Assembly: GCA_049971805.1 (NCBI GenBank)
Contig: JBMFKU010000001.1
Coordinates: forward strand, 1 to 64,000
Reading direction: 5' to 3'
DNA length: 64,000 nt
DNA from: Caldisphaera sp.
GTDB taxonomy: Archaea; Thermoproteota; Thermoprotei_A; Sulfolobales; Acidilobaceae
The position numbers and the translations under genes are program-made. Shown here piece after piece: positions 1 to 10,683 of this stretch. Below the pieces are notes generated by a model. The model saw only the letters and a program-made list of their open reading frames with translations, did not search any database and was not told the DNA's origin. Every line of letters starts with the position of its first letter. Position 1 is the stretch's first letter.

Positions 1-265
1 GGATTTACTTAAAGTTAATGCTCAAACAATAATTCAGAAAAACAATGAGGCTTGGAATTCTTTCTTTTCATTTTTAAGGATATCAGATCCCAGCAATAGA
101 TACTACACTCCATCCAGACATACAGAGGGCAAACATAGCCATTTATAGTAAATAAAGTTTTTAGACTTTTATTAAATTGCCAATAAGATAAGTTAATAAT
201 TTAAAAATATCAAATAATATAATAATTTTAACTCGTGTTGCAGTCTTTATAGCATTGGTGAAAAA

Positions 266-649
266 ATGGCTGGTATTAAACCAGTTGTTAAAAAATATTA
301 TGAAGTGATTGAAGAAAAACTTCCATCAGATCAAGCCTCAAACAGTTATATTAGATGGTTATTGACCGACAAAGATGGTGCAAATAATTTTTTTATGAGA
401 TTATTTAGAATGGAAAAAGGTGGACATATTAATGCTCACTTTCATCCATGGGAGCATGAAATTTTTATAGTGGAAGGTAATGGAAAAATAAAGATTGGAT
501 CAAAAATTTATGAGATTTCATCTGATAACTTTATATATATTCCACCAAATATAAATCATGAGTATTGGGCTGATACTGATTTGAAATTTATTTGTATTAT
601 TCCGTCAAAGCCAACTGCTGAGAAAGTGGAAAGACCTATAGAAGCTTAA
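266..649 (+). CDS. Cupin domain protein
   Basis: Cupin motifs HFHPWEHEIFIVEG and YIPPNINH; GGTGA RBS upstream. Confidence 0.85.
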   Translation: MAGIKPVVKKYYEVIEEKLPSDQASNSYIRWLLTDKDGANNFFMRLFRMEKGGHINAHFHPWEHEIFIVEGNGKIKIGSKIYEISSDNFIYIPPNINHEYWADTDLKFICIIPSKPTAEKVERPIEA

Positions 650-660
650 ATAAAATTTAA

Positions 661-1311
661 GTGGGGAATATGTTGTTGGATAAGGCTGAAAAAATAAAAA
701 GGCTGAATTCAAATATAGAAAAATGTAAAAGGTGTCCTTTATATAAATCCAGAAAAAATCCGGTGTTTGGTGAAGGAAGTATTAATTCAAAGGTAATGTT
801 TGTTGGAGAAGCTCCCGGTAGGAATGAGGATTTAGAAGGTAGGCCATTTGTTGGTTCTGCTGGAAAAATTTTAGATGAGATTCTTTCTGAGAATGGAATA
901 GATAGGGGTAATGTATATATAACAAATGCTGTAAAATGCAGACCACCAAGTAATAGAACTCCCTATAAATATGAAGTAGATCAATGTAGCATATATTTAA
1001 AAGAAGAAATAGAAATAATTTTACCAGAAATAATTGTTACCTTAGGGAGAATATCTGGGGAATCCGTATATTCTATTCTTGGCTTGACATGGCATAATTT
1101 GGTTTTTGAAAGAGAAAAAATTAAAGAGGCTTTATATAGTAACAAAAAAATAAAGATATTGTCAACATACCATCCCGCAGCTGTAATATATAACCCAGAA
1201 TTGAGAAAAAAATTAGAAGATGATATTAAAAAAGTCAAAGATATTATAGAAAAAGAAGAGCCTAAGGGAAGAAATTATAGAAAAACATTAGACGACTTTT
1301 TTAATGTATAA
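661..1311 (+). CDS. udg: Family 4 uracil-DNA glycosylase (4Fe-4S)
   Basis: CKRCPL, GEAPG..E...GRPFVG, NAVKCRPP and HPAA motifs; C-terminal PIP-box-like KTLDDFF. Confidence 0.93.
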   Translation: MGNMLLDKAEKIKRLNSNIEKCKRCPLYKSRKNPVFGEGSINSKVMFVGEAPGRNEDLEGRPFVGSAGKILDEILSENGIDRGNVYITNAVKCRPPSNRTPYKYEVDQCSIYLKEEIEIILPEIIVTLGRISGESVYSILGLTWHNLVFEREKIKEALYSNKKIKILSTYHPAAVIYNPELRKKLEDDIKKVKDIIEKEEPKGRNYRKTLDDFFNV

Positions 1312-1347
1312 CAAAAGTCGTCAAATATTATTTAGAGGTTTCATAGT

Positions 1348-3273
1348 TTAATAGTAATTGGATTTTTTATAAGTGCTAATGATATAGGTTATAGCTACTA
1401 GTACACCGATCGAGATACCGATAATTAAATAAATTAAATTAAATGCTATATTTAACGAATTGTTTGAAACAGGCACATAATTGATTACATTACCACCATT
1501 TAATGTTAATTCGCCCAAATACCATATTATTGAATCTACAACGGCTGTTTCCATTATGTTTAATGCATCAGCTGGATCATAATTTATTATTTGTCTTGCA
1601 TATGTCATGTATGCATTGTCTATCGAGTTTTCCAATCCTCTGGAGGCTAATTGCGAACTTATTAAATTGAATTCATTTTGGAGTTCATTAGCATAGCTAT
1701 TAGTTACTATAGTATAATTTGTTCCTGTTACTATAAAAATTATGTTTAGGGAATTTTGTAGAGCATCTTCATAAACTCCAATAGCTGCAGTATAGTAGCC
1801 ATGTGAAAGCAAGTTATTTCCATCTGATAGCAAATAGCTGAGATCGCTACTTATAGCATTTAATGCGTTTGCTTCTCCTATATTTCCTGCAGAAATGAAT
1901 TGGCTGACATAATAACTTATGAGAGAATTAGCATAATTTATAGCTATGCTTGTAAATTGTGAAGCAGAGGATGCTGTTGAAATTATCATTTGTTGTGTAA
2001 CAAATGGTGGTGTAGAGCTCGTTGCAAGGGCAGCTTTGTACCAGGAGTACGCAGTCTCTAGCCTAGCTTCAGAGTAAGCTAGGCTTTGAGCTATATCTAT
2101 CAATGAAGCATTTGCAGTGCTTTGAACTATGCTTTCTGTATATTTTGCATTATAAATAGTATCTGCTATTCTACTAAAGGCTGTGGCAAGTAATTCTTGA
2201 GAATACAAGGTGCTTAAGTTGCTGTAGTTAATTAAGTAATTTTGAAGATTATTAGATTGATTTATAATGAATTGCGATTGATTTATAATGAATTGCGATG
2301 GATATATAGTCCCATTATTTGATAATTCATATAGCCAAATAGTATAGTTAGCAGTTAAAGCATCATAATAAGAGGTAAAAGCATAGCTGGCAGATGCATA
2401 TGGTGTTATATTTAAATAGCTGTTAGCTAAATTTAAGTTATTTTTAGAATAATTAATTAATTGAGATATGCTCAGTAAAAGAAATCCTTGATTTGATAAT
2501 TTATTTATGGAATCATTTATTTGAGATAATAAACTGTTAGTTCCACTTATAAAATTTATAGCAGCTTCCTTCATTGCTGCATTAAACATAGAGTTATTTT
2601 GAATATTAATATTGATTGAATAAGGTGTAGATCTATATATTTCATTTGTACCTGCTATAATACCTGGGATTGCTACATAATATTTACATGTCTGATTTAA
2701 ATTCGTTCCTAGGTTTCCGATAGGAAAAGCTAAAGTTAAATTGTTTTTATTAGCTGCACTACATTTTTCGCTTAGACCTCCAATCGGTCCAGAAAGACCT
2801 GACGGGCTAACTGCTCCTGTTATGGCATAGTGGTGTAGAATTGATGTATTTAGACCATTAATAAGACCGTAAGTTGCTATCATAACTCCAAAGCTACCAC
2901 TGGGACCCGAAATTGTACCAGAAGTATTAATATATACCTTCAGATTATAGTTTTTATAGTCTAAACCTGAATAAAGCATTGCAACCATATAGGCCATTTC
3001 CATACTTGATAGTGTTGAGGGCTGAACTTGCCCATTACTAGTTACAGTTACTTGACCTGTACCTGGATATGAAAGGGTTATAGTAGTATTAATCACTGCA
3101 CCAGAATTATTACCCTCCACGGCAGGAAGAAAAACCCATGTAGATTTTTGCCATCCAACTTGCTGTGCATTAGCTAGTGGAATAAATAAGAAAAATATTA
3201 TAAATGAAATTATAATAAAGCTAGATATTTTTGCAATACTTTTTTTCTTCCATCTCAATTTTAAGCTCCCCAC
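1348..3273 (-). CDS. Secreted/membrane-anchored Lon-like (S16) serine protease
   Basis: N-terminal signal peptide, ISGPSGS catalytic Ser, ITGAVSP.G..GPIGGLSEK (Lys of dyad), C-terminal TM anchor, many N-x-S/T sequons. Confidence 0.75.
   Translation of the reverse strand: MGSLKLRWKKKSIAKISSFIIISFIIFFLFIPLANAQQVGWQKSTWVFLPAVEGNNSGAVINTTITLSYPGTGQVTVTSNGQVQPSTLSSMEMAYMVAMLYSGLDYKNYNLKVYINTSGTISGPSGSFGVMIATYGLINGLNTSILHHYAITGAVSPSGLSGPIGGLSEKCSAANKNNLTLAFPIGNLGTNLNQTCKYYVAIPGIIAGTNEIYRSTPYSININIQNNSMFNAAMKEAAINFISGTNSLLSQINDSINKLSNQGFLLLSISQLINYSKNNLNLANSYLNITPYASASYAFTSYYDALTANYTIWLYELSNNGTIYPSQFIINQSQFIINQSNNLQNYLINYSNLSTLYSQELLATAFSRIADTIYNAKYTESIVQSTANASLIDIAQSLAYSEARLETAYSWYKAALATSSTPPFVTQQMIISTASSASQFTSIAINYANSLISYYVSQFISAGNIGEANALNAISSDLSYLLSDGNNLLSHGYYTAAIGVYEDALQNSLNIIFIVTGTNYTIVTNSYANELQNEFNLISSQLASRGLENSIDNAYMTYARQIINYDPADALNIMETAVVDSIIWYLGELTLNGGNVINYVPVSNNSLNIAFNLIYLIIGISIGVLVAITYIISTYKKSNYY
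2255..2296. repeat. Perfect 21-bp tandem duplication inside the protease gene (SQFIINQ x2)
   Basis: gattgatttataatgaattgc at 2255-2275 and 2276-2296. Confidence 0.9.
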
Positions 3274-3319
3274 ATAACTTATTATGTTAGAGGAGAGTTT
3301 TAGCTTATGGTGAGAAAAT

Positions 3320-3835
3320 TTGGGAGGTAAGAAACAAAATAAAGTTAGAGAGGAACAAGTAGATTCAAAGGCATCAACTATTAAAGAATTGAAAATAGTT
3401 TCTACTCAAGTAATAACCAAAGATAGAGTCTTCCAAAATCCCAAGTTTATGTCATTATTGTATTTAATTTCAAAGTTAGGTGCTGTTCATGAAAGGACGT
3501 TGCAAATAGTAATACATGATTTACAGGGTAAGGGTGCGGATTTCGGCTATCAGTTTAATTTGCTTGGCAATGATCCCTATAGTCCTGTATTGAAAAATGA
3601 TATTGTAGCATTGTTATATACGGGTTTAGCTGAAGCAGAACCTAGGTATAGAAAGATAAGATTAACTGGAGATGGAAAAGAGGCTTTAGAAAAAATAGGA
3701 ATTCAGAAAAATTACCAGGATTTAATAGATAAAAACTTAAATGAAATAAAAAGCAAGGCATCAATGATAGATGCTGAAATAGATTTTGAACTAAGGAAGT
3801 CTAGTAAACTATCAGGAAAAAGGGCAAGAAGATAA
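3320..3835 (+). CDS. Hypothetical protein, probable winged-helix fold
   Basis: 171 aa, TTG start after GGTGA; PYSPVLKNDI..L...GL and IRLTGDGKEALE resemble a wHTH wing. Confidence 0.65.
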   Translation: MGGKKQNKVREEQVDSKASTIKELKIVSTQVITKDRVFQNPKFMSLLYLISKLGAVHERTLQIVIHDLQGKGADFGYQFNLLGNDPYSPVLKNDIVALLYTGLAEAEPRYRKIRLTGDGKEALEKIGIQKNYQDLIDKNLNEIKSKASMIDAEIDFELRKSSKLSGKRARR

Positions 3836-3914
3836 TAGGGTAAGTTTTTAAGGATTTAAGCCAATTTTCCTATCTCAACCTCTTATTATGTTATCTTAAT
3901 CAAGAAGATAATAG

Positions 3915-4325
3915 GTGCTGAATTTAATGACAAAATATGTACATCTCCTTGGAAAAGAATCAAGAAGAAAGATAATAGAAATATTAGCAACTACGCGGGG
4001 TGTCAGAGAGCTAGCAAGTGAACTTAATATAACTCCTGCGGCCGTTAGCAAATATTTAGCTGGATTAACTCATCCATCTGATAAAGTGCTGGAAAAAGCG
4101 ATTGAGATAGCAGATGAAGATGAAATAAAAAACATAGCCAAAATAGTTTCTCAAGAGTTTATAGATGGGCTTAGTAGCTTTGTAGAATGGAGTTATGATA
4201 AGAATTTGCTGGATATAAAGTTTTACAAGAGGTTAAATGATTTAACTGCTAAGGTGGGTCTAGTAACTTTAAGTCAGAAAGCAGTAATTCCAAAACAAGA
4301 TTTAATTAAAGATTCTGATTATTAA
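3915..4325 (+). CDS. HTH (Xre-like) transcriptional regulator
   Basis: VRELASELNITPAAVSKYLAGLTHPS helix-turn-helix. Confidence 0.8.
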   Translation: MLNLMTKYVHLLGKESRRKIIEILATTRGVRELASELNITPAAVSKYLAGLTHPSDKVLEKAIEIADEDEIKNIAKIVSQEFIDGLSSFVEWSYDKNLLDIKFYKRLNDLTAKVGLVTLSQKAVIPKQDLIKDSDY

Positions 4326-4329
4326 ATGA

Positions 4330-5361
4330 CTACCAAAGAGATTTATTAATTCCAAGCTTTCTATCAGTTTCTGTTATCGATTCTTCCTTTGATGCTATAC
4401 CAAGGGAAGCTCTTACAGCATCTATATTTTCAGGAACAACTATTGATTCTTGGTGAACTGCTTGGAAGTATTGAACTTCATTGTGATCTACACTAATAGA
4501 GTCTTCAAAAATTATTAGTTCATTTAAATCTCCTCTTTCTCTAGATAATCTTGCTGCATCTATTATTTGAGCTGTGCTCTCTATACCTGTATTTTTGCTG
4601 TTAACTAAAATAATTCTTGGAGTTTTTATTAATGTTTCTAAGATTTCATCCTTTTTTATGTTTTCTTGAAACCTTATGTTAACATGATGTATGTGCATTA
4701 ATGTTGTGGGAACAACGACAGCTGCTGTTGAAATGTTTATCCATGGTAAAACTGATTTTACGTCATGTGCATGATGGCTTGGCAAATGTGGTGGATTAAG
4801 AACTATAGAATTTATAGGTCCCTTCTTTATTTCTTGAGGATCTGCTCCTCTTCTAATTAAAATTGCATTAACTTTATCTATCTGGGCAATTTGAGATAAA
4901 GGACAAATGCTTCTTAGTAAACCTGTTGTATTGCAAGAAACAACCCTTAAATATTTCTTTCCATAAGTTTCATCATAATTGCAAAGTGAGTTAAACGATT
5001 TTTCAGCTATTTCTGGTTTTTCTCCGCCTTGAAAAATAGCGTTTATGCTAAATGTTTTGTAGAGCTGTTTATAGGATTCTCCTATACCATCTGGTGTCGA
5101 GTCTATAACTATATCAGATTCTTTAAGCAATTCATTTAGAGTACCTCTTACTTCAAGTCCAGACTTCTTAAACAGCTGGATATCTTTTTCTGATGAAACA
5201 TATAATTTAAATCCTTTGTTAAATGCGTATAGAGCATTATAATCTGGTTTCTTTTTTACAATCCCCGAAACTTCCATATCATCTTGTTTGTTAACTGCTA
5301 TAGCAACTCTTTTACCTATTGTTCCGAATCCATTTATAGCAACTCTTATTTTATTTTTCAA
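4330..5361 (-). CDS. gap: Archaeal (class II) glyceraldehyde-3-phosphate dehydrogenase
   Basis: INGFGTIGKRVA, catalytic VVSCNTTGL, VHQESIVVPENIDA; follows pgk. Confidence 0.96.
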   Translation of the reverse strand: MKNKIRVAINGFGTIGKRVAIAVNKQDDMEVSGIVKKKPDYNALYAFNKGFKLYVSSEKDIQLFKKSGLEVRGTLNELLKESDIVIDSTPDGIGESYKQLYKTFSINAIFQGGEKPEIAEKSFNSLCNYDETYGKKYLRVVSCNTTGLLRSICPLSQIAQIDKVNAILIRRGADPQEIKKGPINSIVLNPPHLPSHHAHDVKSVLPWINISTAAVVVPTTLMHIHHVNIRFQENIKKDEILETLIKTPRIILVNSKNTGIESTAQIIDAARLSRERGDLNELIIFEDSISVDHNEVQYFQAVHQESIVVPENIDAVRASLGIASKEESITETDRKLGINKSLW

Positions 5362-6595
5362 TCTTTTTCCCCTTAAAAAATTTATTATAAGAATAGGCCA
5401 AAGCTTCTATTCCTGGCATTGGTCTTCCAGAGAGAAAATAAACTACAGCGCCTCCGCCGGTACTAACGTAATTAATTCTCCTTCTAGACCCAGGAGATAA
5501 ATCCTCTAATATTGAGATAAAGTGGCCACCACCAAATATTATGAAACCATTGGATTTTAATGTAGCTTCTGCCAAGCTAATTGTACCATGTTTAAATCTT
5601 TCATCTTCTATAACACCTGCAGGTCCTCTCATTATTATGGTTTTTGATTCTGTAAGTATATCGCTATAATTTTTAATCGTTTCTGGGCCTATATCCTTTG
5701 GTGAGCCACTTATATTACTTATTTTTTGGATTTCTACATCGTTGTTTATCTCTGATACTACATCTACAGGAGTTATTATTCTATTATCTTTTACCAAATT
5801 TTTAGCTTCATCGTATAGATGTTTAAACTTTTGATTTATTATATTTTCAGCATCTCCTACATTATATCCTTTGGCCTTTAGTGCTAAGAGAGAAACAAGA
5901 CCACCAGTTAATATATAATCGGCAGAATTTGTTTTCAATAAATGATCGATAATTTTTATTGCGTCTTCTAGCTTACTACCTCCAATAAAATATGTTCTAG
6001 GCCTTTCTCCGTAAAAAGCCTTAGATAATGCCGATATCTCATTTTCCATAACTCTTCCTGCAATGCTTGGCAATACGTAAGGAAATCCTGCAATGCTTGC
6101 TTGGCTTCTATGAGAAGCTGCAAATGCATCTCCTATATAATAATTAAAAAGTTTTGATAATTTTTTAACAATATTTGTTTCTGCTAATTTTTCCATAGGC
6201 ATCTCAATGTTTTCTTCTGATAAAAACCTTGAATTCTCTAAAACTAGTACTTCACCAACTTCTAAGGTTGCAATCCTTTTTCTAGCTTCTGGTCCAATTA
6301 TATCGCTGATAAATTCTACATTAAATCCAAGTAATTTAGTTAGCATATCAGCATGATTTTTTAAAGAAATAAAATCTTCTTCACCAGGTCTTCCCTGATG
6401 ACTCATTATTACTACTTTTGCACCGGATTCTACTAATTCTTTAATAGTTTTTGTATGGGTTCTTAATCTGCTTGTATCAATAATAATACCATTTTTTACT
6501 GGAGAGTTTATATCTATTCTCAATAATACTTTTTTATTTGTTAAATCAACATCATCGAGGGTAGCTATGCTTTTTTCTTGAAATGATATCACCAA
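5351..6595 (-). CDS. pgk: Phosphoglycerate kinase
   Basis: LLRIDINSP, SHQGRP, LENSRF, DAFAASHRSQAS, STGGGA. Confidence 0.96.
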   Translation of the reverse strand: MVISFQEKSIATLDDVDLTNKKVLLRIDINSPVKNGIIIDTSRLRTHTKTIKELVESGAKVVIMSHQGRPGEEDFISLKNHADMLTKLLGFNVEFISDIIGPEARKRIATLEVGEVLVLENSRFLSEENIEMPMEKLAETNIVKKLSKLFNYYIGDAFAASHRSQASIAGFPYVLPSIAGRVMENEISALSKAFYGERPRTYFIGGSKLEDAIKIIDHLLKTNSADYILTGGLVSLLALKAKGYNVGDAENIINQKFKHLYDEAKNLVKDNRIITPVDVVSEINNDVEIQKISNISGSPKDIGPETIKNYSDILTESKTIIMRGPAGVIEDERFKHGTISLAEATLKSNGFIIFGGGHFISILEDLSPGSRRRINYVSTGGGAVVYFLSGRPMPGIEALAYSYNKFFKGKKIEK

Positions 6596-6811
6596 ATCAT
6601 CCCTCCATATTAACTAAGCGAAATATTAAATTCCCGAAATATAAGCTATTTTACTGAGTTAATAAGTATTTCTCTTTATTTGTTATTAAAAAGTAAGTAT
6701 AAAATATAAGATATTTAAGCAAATTTAATTAATATAGATGATGACTTAAAGAAAATTACTTTAGGAATGTATAGAAAATAAAATAGATCAATATTAAGAG
6801 AGGTATAGAAA

Positions 6812-7483
6812 ATGAGGATAACTTGGTGTGGTAACTCTTATTTTATAATTGAAAACAATGGAATTAAGATAGCTGTAGACCCACACGATGGAGGTAGTTT
6901 AAATTTAGTTAAATGTAAAGTTTCAGCAGATTATATTATTGTAACGCATAACCATTATGACCATAATGCAATTAAAATAGTAATGGGAAATCAGACAAAG
7001 AATATTATAAAAAATCCAGTTAATAAAACATATAGTTTGAATGGCATGGAATTGAATTTCTTTCAATTTAATCATGACAATTTTGATGGAAATTTGTTTG
7101 GCAAGGTTTATGCTTTTAAATTTAAAATAAATGATCTGGTATTAGCAAACCTTTCTGATATAGGCGAAAAATTTAATGAAAATAAAATGAGAGATTTTAT
7201 AAATGTTGATATTTTGATGATACCTGTTGGTGGAGTTACTACTATTGATTATTTAGAAGCTCAAAAATATATAGATTATTTAAAGCCTAAGATGGTTATA
7301 CCTATGCACTATTGGATTTATGGTTCAACATTGCCTTATGATTCAATTGATAATTTTTTGAAAATATCAAAATATGAAATTATACATATCAATGAAAACT
7401 TCATTGATATAAATGAATTAAATTTTAAAGATAAAACTAAGATAATAGTATTTAATTCTAAATTACTTTCGCTAGAAAAATAA
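6812..7483 (+). CDS. MBL-fold metallo-hydrolase
   Basis: THNHYDH and IPMHY motifs. Confidence 0.88.
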   Translation: MRITWCGNSYFIIENNGIKIAVDPHDGGSLNLVKCKVSADYIIVTHNHYDHNAIKIVMGNQTKNIIKNPVNKTYSLNGMELNFFQFNHDNFDGNLFGKVYAFKFKINDLVLANLSDIGEKFNENKMRDFINVDILMIPVGGVTTIDYLEAQKYIDYLKPKMVIPMHYWIYGSTLPYDSIDNFLKISKYEIIHINENFIDINELNFKDKTKIIVFNSKLLSLEK

Positions 7484-7641
7484 ATTTATAAATTAATATT
7501 TTTAATAATTAAAAATTATACTAGTAAAATTATAAGATGATAAGAATTTTTTTATAGTAAAAAAGGAAAGCCAAAATCATGTTAATATCTATATTAAAAA
7601 CATATTGTATTATTTTGTTTTCTAAATTACTTAATGAGAGC

Positions 7642-8250
7642 CTAAAACGGATTTCTTTTTTCCCAAATACTAGTAATATCTTTTCTTTTTATTTCTCTCA
7701 TCATTTCCTCTAGTTTTTTGTAAACTGTGCTATGCATTTTTCCTTCTATTAGCATATCAATGCCATGCTGAGCTATCACGGCTCTATCATAATCTCCTAT
7801 TATACCAACCATATTGTTTCCCACGTGTATTATAGTTCCTGTTATTTCTTCCAAAGTTTTTTTTGCTCTTCCGTCTTCTCCAATAATTCTACCCATAATC
7901 CTTTTTATATGGTTAGGAGAATTTCCTATTCTGGACTTTATATCTATTGTTATTAATATATTGTCTGTATTTAATAGATCCAATACTTCTTCCTTTGAAA
8001 ATCCAATGGATGCTGCAACAATTATATCCTTAGCTTTTATAAGATCAGCAGGAGAAGCCTTTTCATTTCTAGGTTCTATTATTGCCACCGAGTTTTGCCT
8101 ATCAAGGGTTATTTTAGTTCCCAGTATTCTTTCTATGTCATTTTTTATGTTATCAATCTCCTTGCTTACCTTTTCAAAATCTTCGATTGGTATAGGTGCA
8201 TAAACCTTTACCCACTTTTCGATCCTACCTTGATAATTGTCTATAGACAT
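7642..8250 (-). CDS. KH-domain ribosome biogenesis protein (Pno1/Dim2-like)
   Basis: GRIIGEDGRAKKTLEEITG KH motif, GKMHSTVY; operon with RIO1 and aIF1A. Confidence 0.9.
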   Translation of the reverse strand: MSIDNYQGRIEKWVKVYAPIPIEDFEKVSKEIDNIKNDIERILGTKITLDRQNSVAIIEPRNEKASPADLIKAKDIIVAASIGFSKEEVLDLLNTDNILITIDIKSRIGNSPNHIKRIMGRIIGEDGRAKKTLEEITGTIIHVGNNMVGIIGDYDRAVIAQHGIDMLIEGKMHSTVYKKLEEMMREIKRKDITSIWEKRNPF

Positions 8251-9008
8251 TTTGTTACCCCCATTTCGAATTCTTCAAAATCTTCAGTTATTATAGATTT
8301 CGAGAAAAATTCTCTAATATTCTTTAAATCTCTTTTTAGTAACTCAAGAGATTTTGGATGTCTTATATCTACCGATTGAGATACGTCAATAATATAGGGT
8401 TTGTTATTCCAATACATTATATTGAATTCGCTAAGATCTGCATGAATTAAATTTGCATCGCATACCATTTTTCTTATATCATTTTTTATACTATTATATA
8501 TTTCATCAATTGCATCATCGTCTAATTCCTTATATATTTCATATAGTAATGGTGCTCTATATCCGTTTTCTCCAATAAATTGCATTACAACGATGTTTCC
8601 CGAAACACCCTTTGGATCAGGTACATTTACTCCAACTTCTCTCATTTTTTTAAGATTGTTAAATTCCTTTTTTGCCCATAGATAAATTAAAGACCTAAAT
8701 TTATTTGGTATAGATTCGAATCTAGGATCACCCAAAATGTATTCTCTTATGCTTTTTTTAAATTCAGCCGCAGAAGTTAAGTAAATTTTTATTGCTATTT
8801 CTTCATCTTGCCACCCTTTTCCCCAAAAAATTTTTGATTCTTTACCAGAGCTTATGGATCCATTTATATTTTTTATGATCTTTTTGTTTATTAGTTTATC
8901 TATGTGATAATTGGTAAATGAATCAATTACTTCATCAACAGTCTTTATTATATCTTCGTCTTTTATGATTTTTTCTTCTTTCCTCTTCTTTTCAAAATAT
9001 TTATTCAA
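8241..9008 (-). CDS. rio1: RIO1 serine protein kinase
   Basis: ISSGKES, IAIKIY, WAKKEFNNL, HADLSEFNI, IIDVSQSV. Confidence 0.93.
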   Translation of the reverse strand: MNKYFEKKRKEEKIIKDEDIIKTVDEVIDSFTNYHIDKLINKKIIKNINGSISSGKESKIFWGKGWQDEEIAIKIYLTSAAEFKKSIREYILGDPRFESIPNKFRSLIYLWAKKEFNNLKKMREVGVNVPDPKGVSGNIVVMQFIGENGYRAPLLYEIYKELDDDAIDEIYNSIKNDIRKMVCDANLIHADLSEFNIMYWNNKPYIIDVSQSVDIRHPKSLELLKRDLKNIREFFSKSIITEDFEEFEMGVTKCL

Positions 9009-9337
9009 CCACCTTCCTCTCCAAGTAGATCCTTTGGTAGCAATCCTTTTTGTGATAACATTTTTATCTCATCGTGTTGATATTTATGAACTACTTCTCC
9101 TTTCATATCAGAAGTCCCCCAAGGTAGAAATAGGATAGTGTCTCCCTCATGAAGCCAAACCCTTCTTCTCATTTTCCCTGGTATCCAGCCCTTGTATTTA
9201 TTTCCATCAATGCATACAACCTCTACGAATCCAGCACCTATTACTCTTTGGACAACGCATATTATAGTACCTTCTTCGTCATTTGGTAAAGGTGTTTCAC
9301 CTTTCGATCCATTGTCACGATTCTTCTGTTTTACCAA
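9005..9337 (-). CDS. eif1a: Translation initiation factor aIF-1A
   Basis: IPGKMRRRVWL.EGD.IL..PW OB-fold signature. Confidence 0.93.
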   Translation of the reverse strand: MVKQKNRDNGSKGETPLPNDEEGTIICVVQRVIGAGFVEVVCIDGNKYKGWIPGKMRRRVWLHEGDTILFLPWGTSDMKGEVVHKYQHDEIKMLSQKGLLPKDLLGEEGG

Positions 9338-9450
9338 GATTAACCTCTTCCTCCTATAGTTTAATGTTATAACTAGGTTATTTTAATTTTTCTAGTTGCA
9401 TAGTCATATGCTATATCTATAATCATTTTCATTTAATATTTATAAAAATT

Positions 9451-10314
9451 TCATTTAGGTTTTATAAAGTCATATATTCTTGTATAGTCTTTGTTTCCTA
9501 GTCCATGCAATTCTGCTTGCTTAAATATTTGACTTGCTGCATTTATTGTAGGCATAGCTAATCCTGCGTCATAGGCAGCTCTACTAGCATACTCTAAATC
9601 TTTAGCAGCTAATGATAACTTAAAATGCATTGGAGAATTTTTATTTACTATTCTATCAAAATATTTATCTATTATGCTTGAAAATGCTGTGTTTTTAGTT
9701 ATTTCCTTTATTTTTTCTTTTTCTATTCCATAAGATTCTAATAATGCTATTGATTCACTTAAGATCGAAATAGATGAAATAAGTATTGAATTGTAAGCCA
9801 ACTTTGAAACTATGGCTTTGTATTGTTCGTCACCAAGTTCTATAACGCTACCCATGGTACTAAGCAAGCCTCTGGAAAATCTAATGCAATGTTTTTCTCC
9901 AGCTACCATAAAAGTTGCATTTCCTTCTTCTAAATTTTTTGGCCCACCTATTATTGGAGCTTCAACATAGCACATACCAAGATCCTTTAGCTGCTGAGAA
10001 GCGATGATACTTAAATTTGGGGTTATTGTAGAGGAATTTATAAAAAGTAGTCCATCAGCTCTTTTCATTTGACTTATGATGTTTAGGAATGCGTTGTCAT
10101 CTGATACAAAGGTAATTGCTACATCAGCATTTTCTACTGCATTCCAAGGAGAATTTTGTGTTTCGCTATTTTTTATTTTATTGGATAGCTCTTTTGCTTT
10201 TTCAATAGTTCTGTTCCATAAAATAATAGAGAAACCACCTTCGGCTAATTTCTTTGCTGCAGAACTACCCATTAATCCAGTTCCTAAAATTGCTACTTTC
10301 AATTTTTTCACCAC
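9451..10314 (-). CDS. NAD(P)-dependent oxidoreductase, 3-hydroxyisobutyrate dehydrogenase family
   Basis: LGTGLMGS, WNRT, EAPIIGG, AAKDL. Confidence 0.88.
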   Translation of the reverse strand: MVKKLKVAILGTGLMGSSAAKKLAEGGFSIILWNRTIEKAKELSNKIKNSETQNSPWNAVENADVAITFVSDDNAFLNIISQMKRADGLLFINSSTITPNLSIIASQQLKDLGMCYVEAPIIGGPKNLEEGNATFMVAGEKHCIRFSRGLLSTMGSVIELGDEQYKAIVSKLAYNSILISSISILSESIALLESYGIEKEKIKEITKNTAFSSIIDKYFDRIVNKNSPMHFKLSLAAKDLEYASRAAYDAGLAMPTINAASQIFKQAELHGLGNKDYTRIYDFIKPK

Positions 10315-10683
10315 ATTTATATTTTAAATCTAAAGTTTTTAATAACTTTAATTATTTTTATAATAAAGGTATATATCTTTATTTAGCATTTTATCAGCTT
10401 TTTCCAATCTTAAAATGTATTTTTTAGAATGAAGACTCTGGCAAAAAATATATGGTGAGTTTACTGCTTTTAGTTCTTTTTTCTAAATAAAATTAATGTA
10501 TAGGCTAATTTTAATAAGATTTAACATGTCGATTTCTTTACCTTTTGCGACTTCCTAAGTCATCCTAAGCCATTAATTTGTTAGCTATTCCTTATATAAT
10601 ATAGGTATCATTTATTTTTGTGGGTAAAAACAAAGATAGAAAACAAAATAAGGCTTTTGTAAAAAATATTATAGGGAAAAAGA

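Noticed and set aside
10330-10680. Intergenic gap with ggcttaggatgacttaggaagtcgc (minus) resembling an element end, plus a 60-aa ORF
   Set aside because: Similarity is too short to support, and the ORF is antisense to the nmd3 start.
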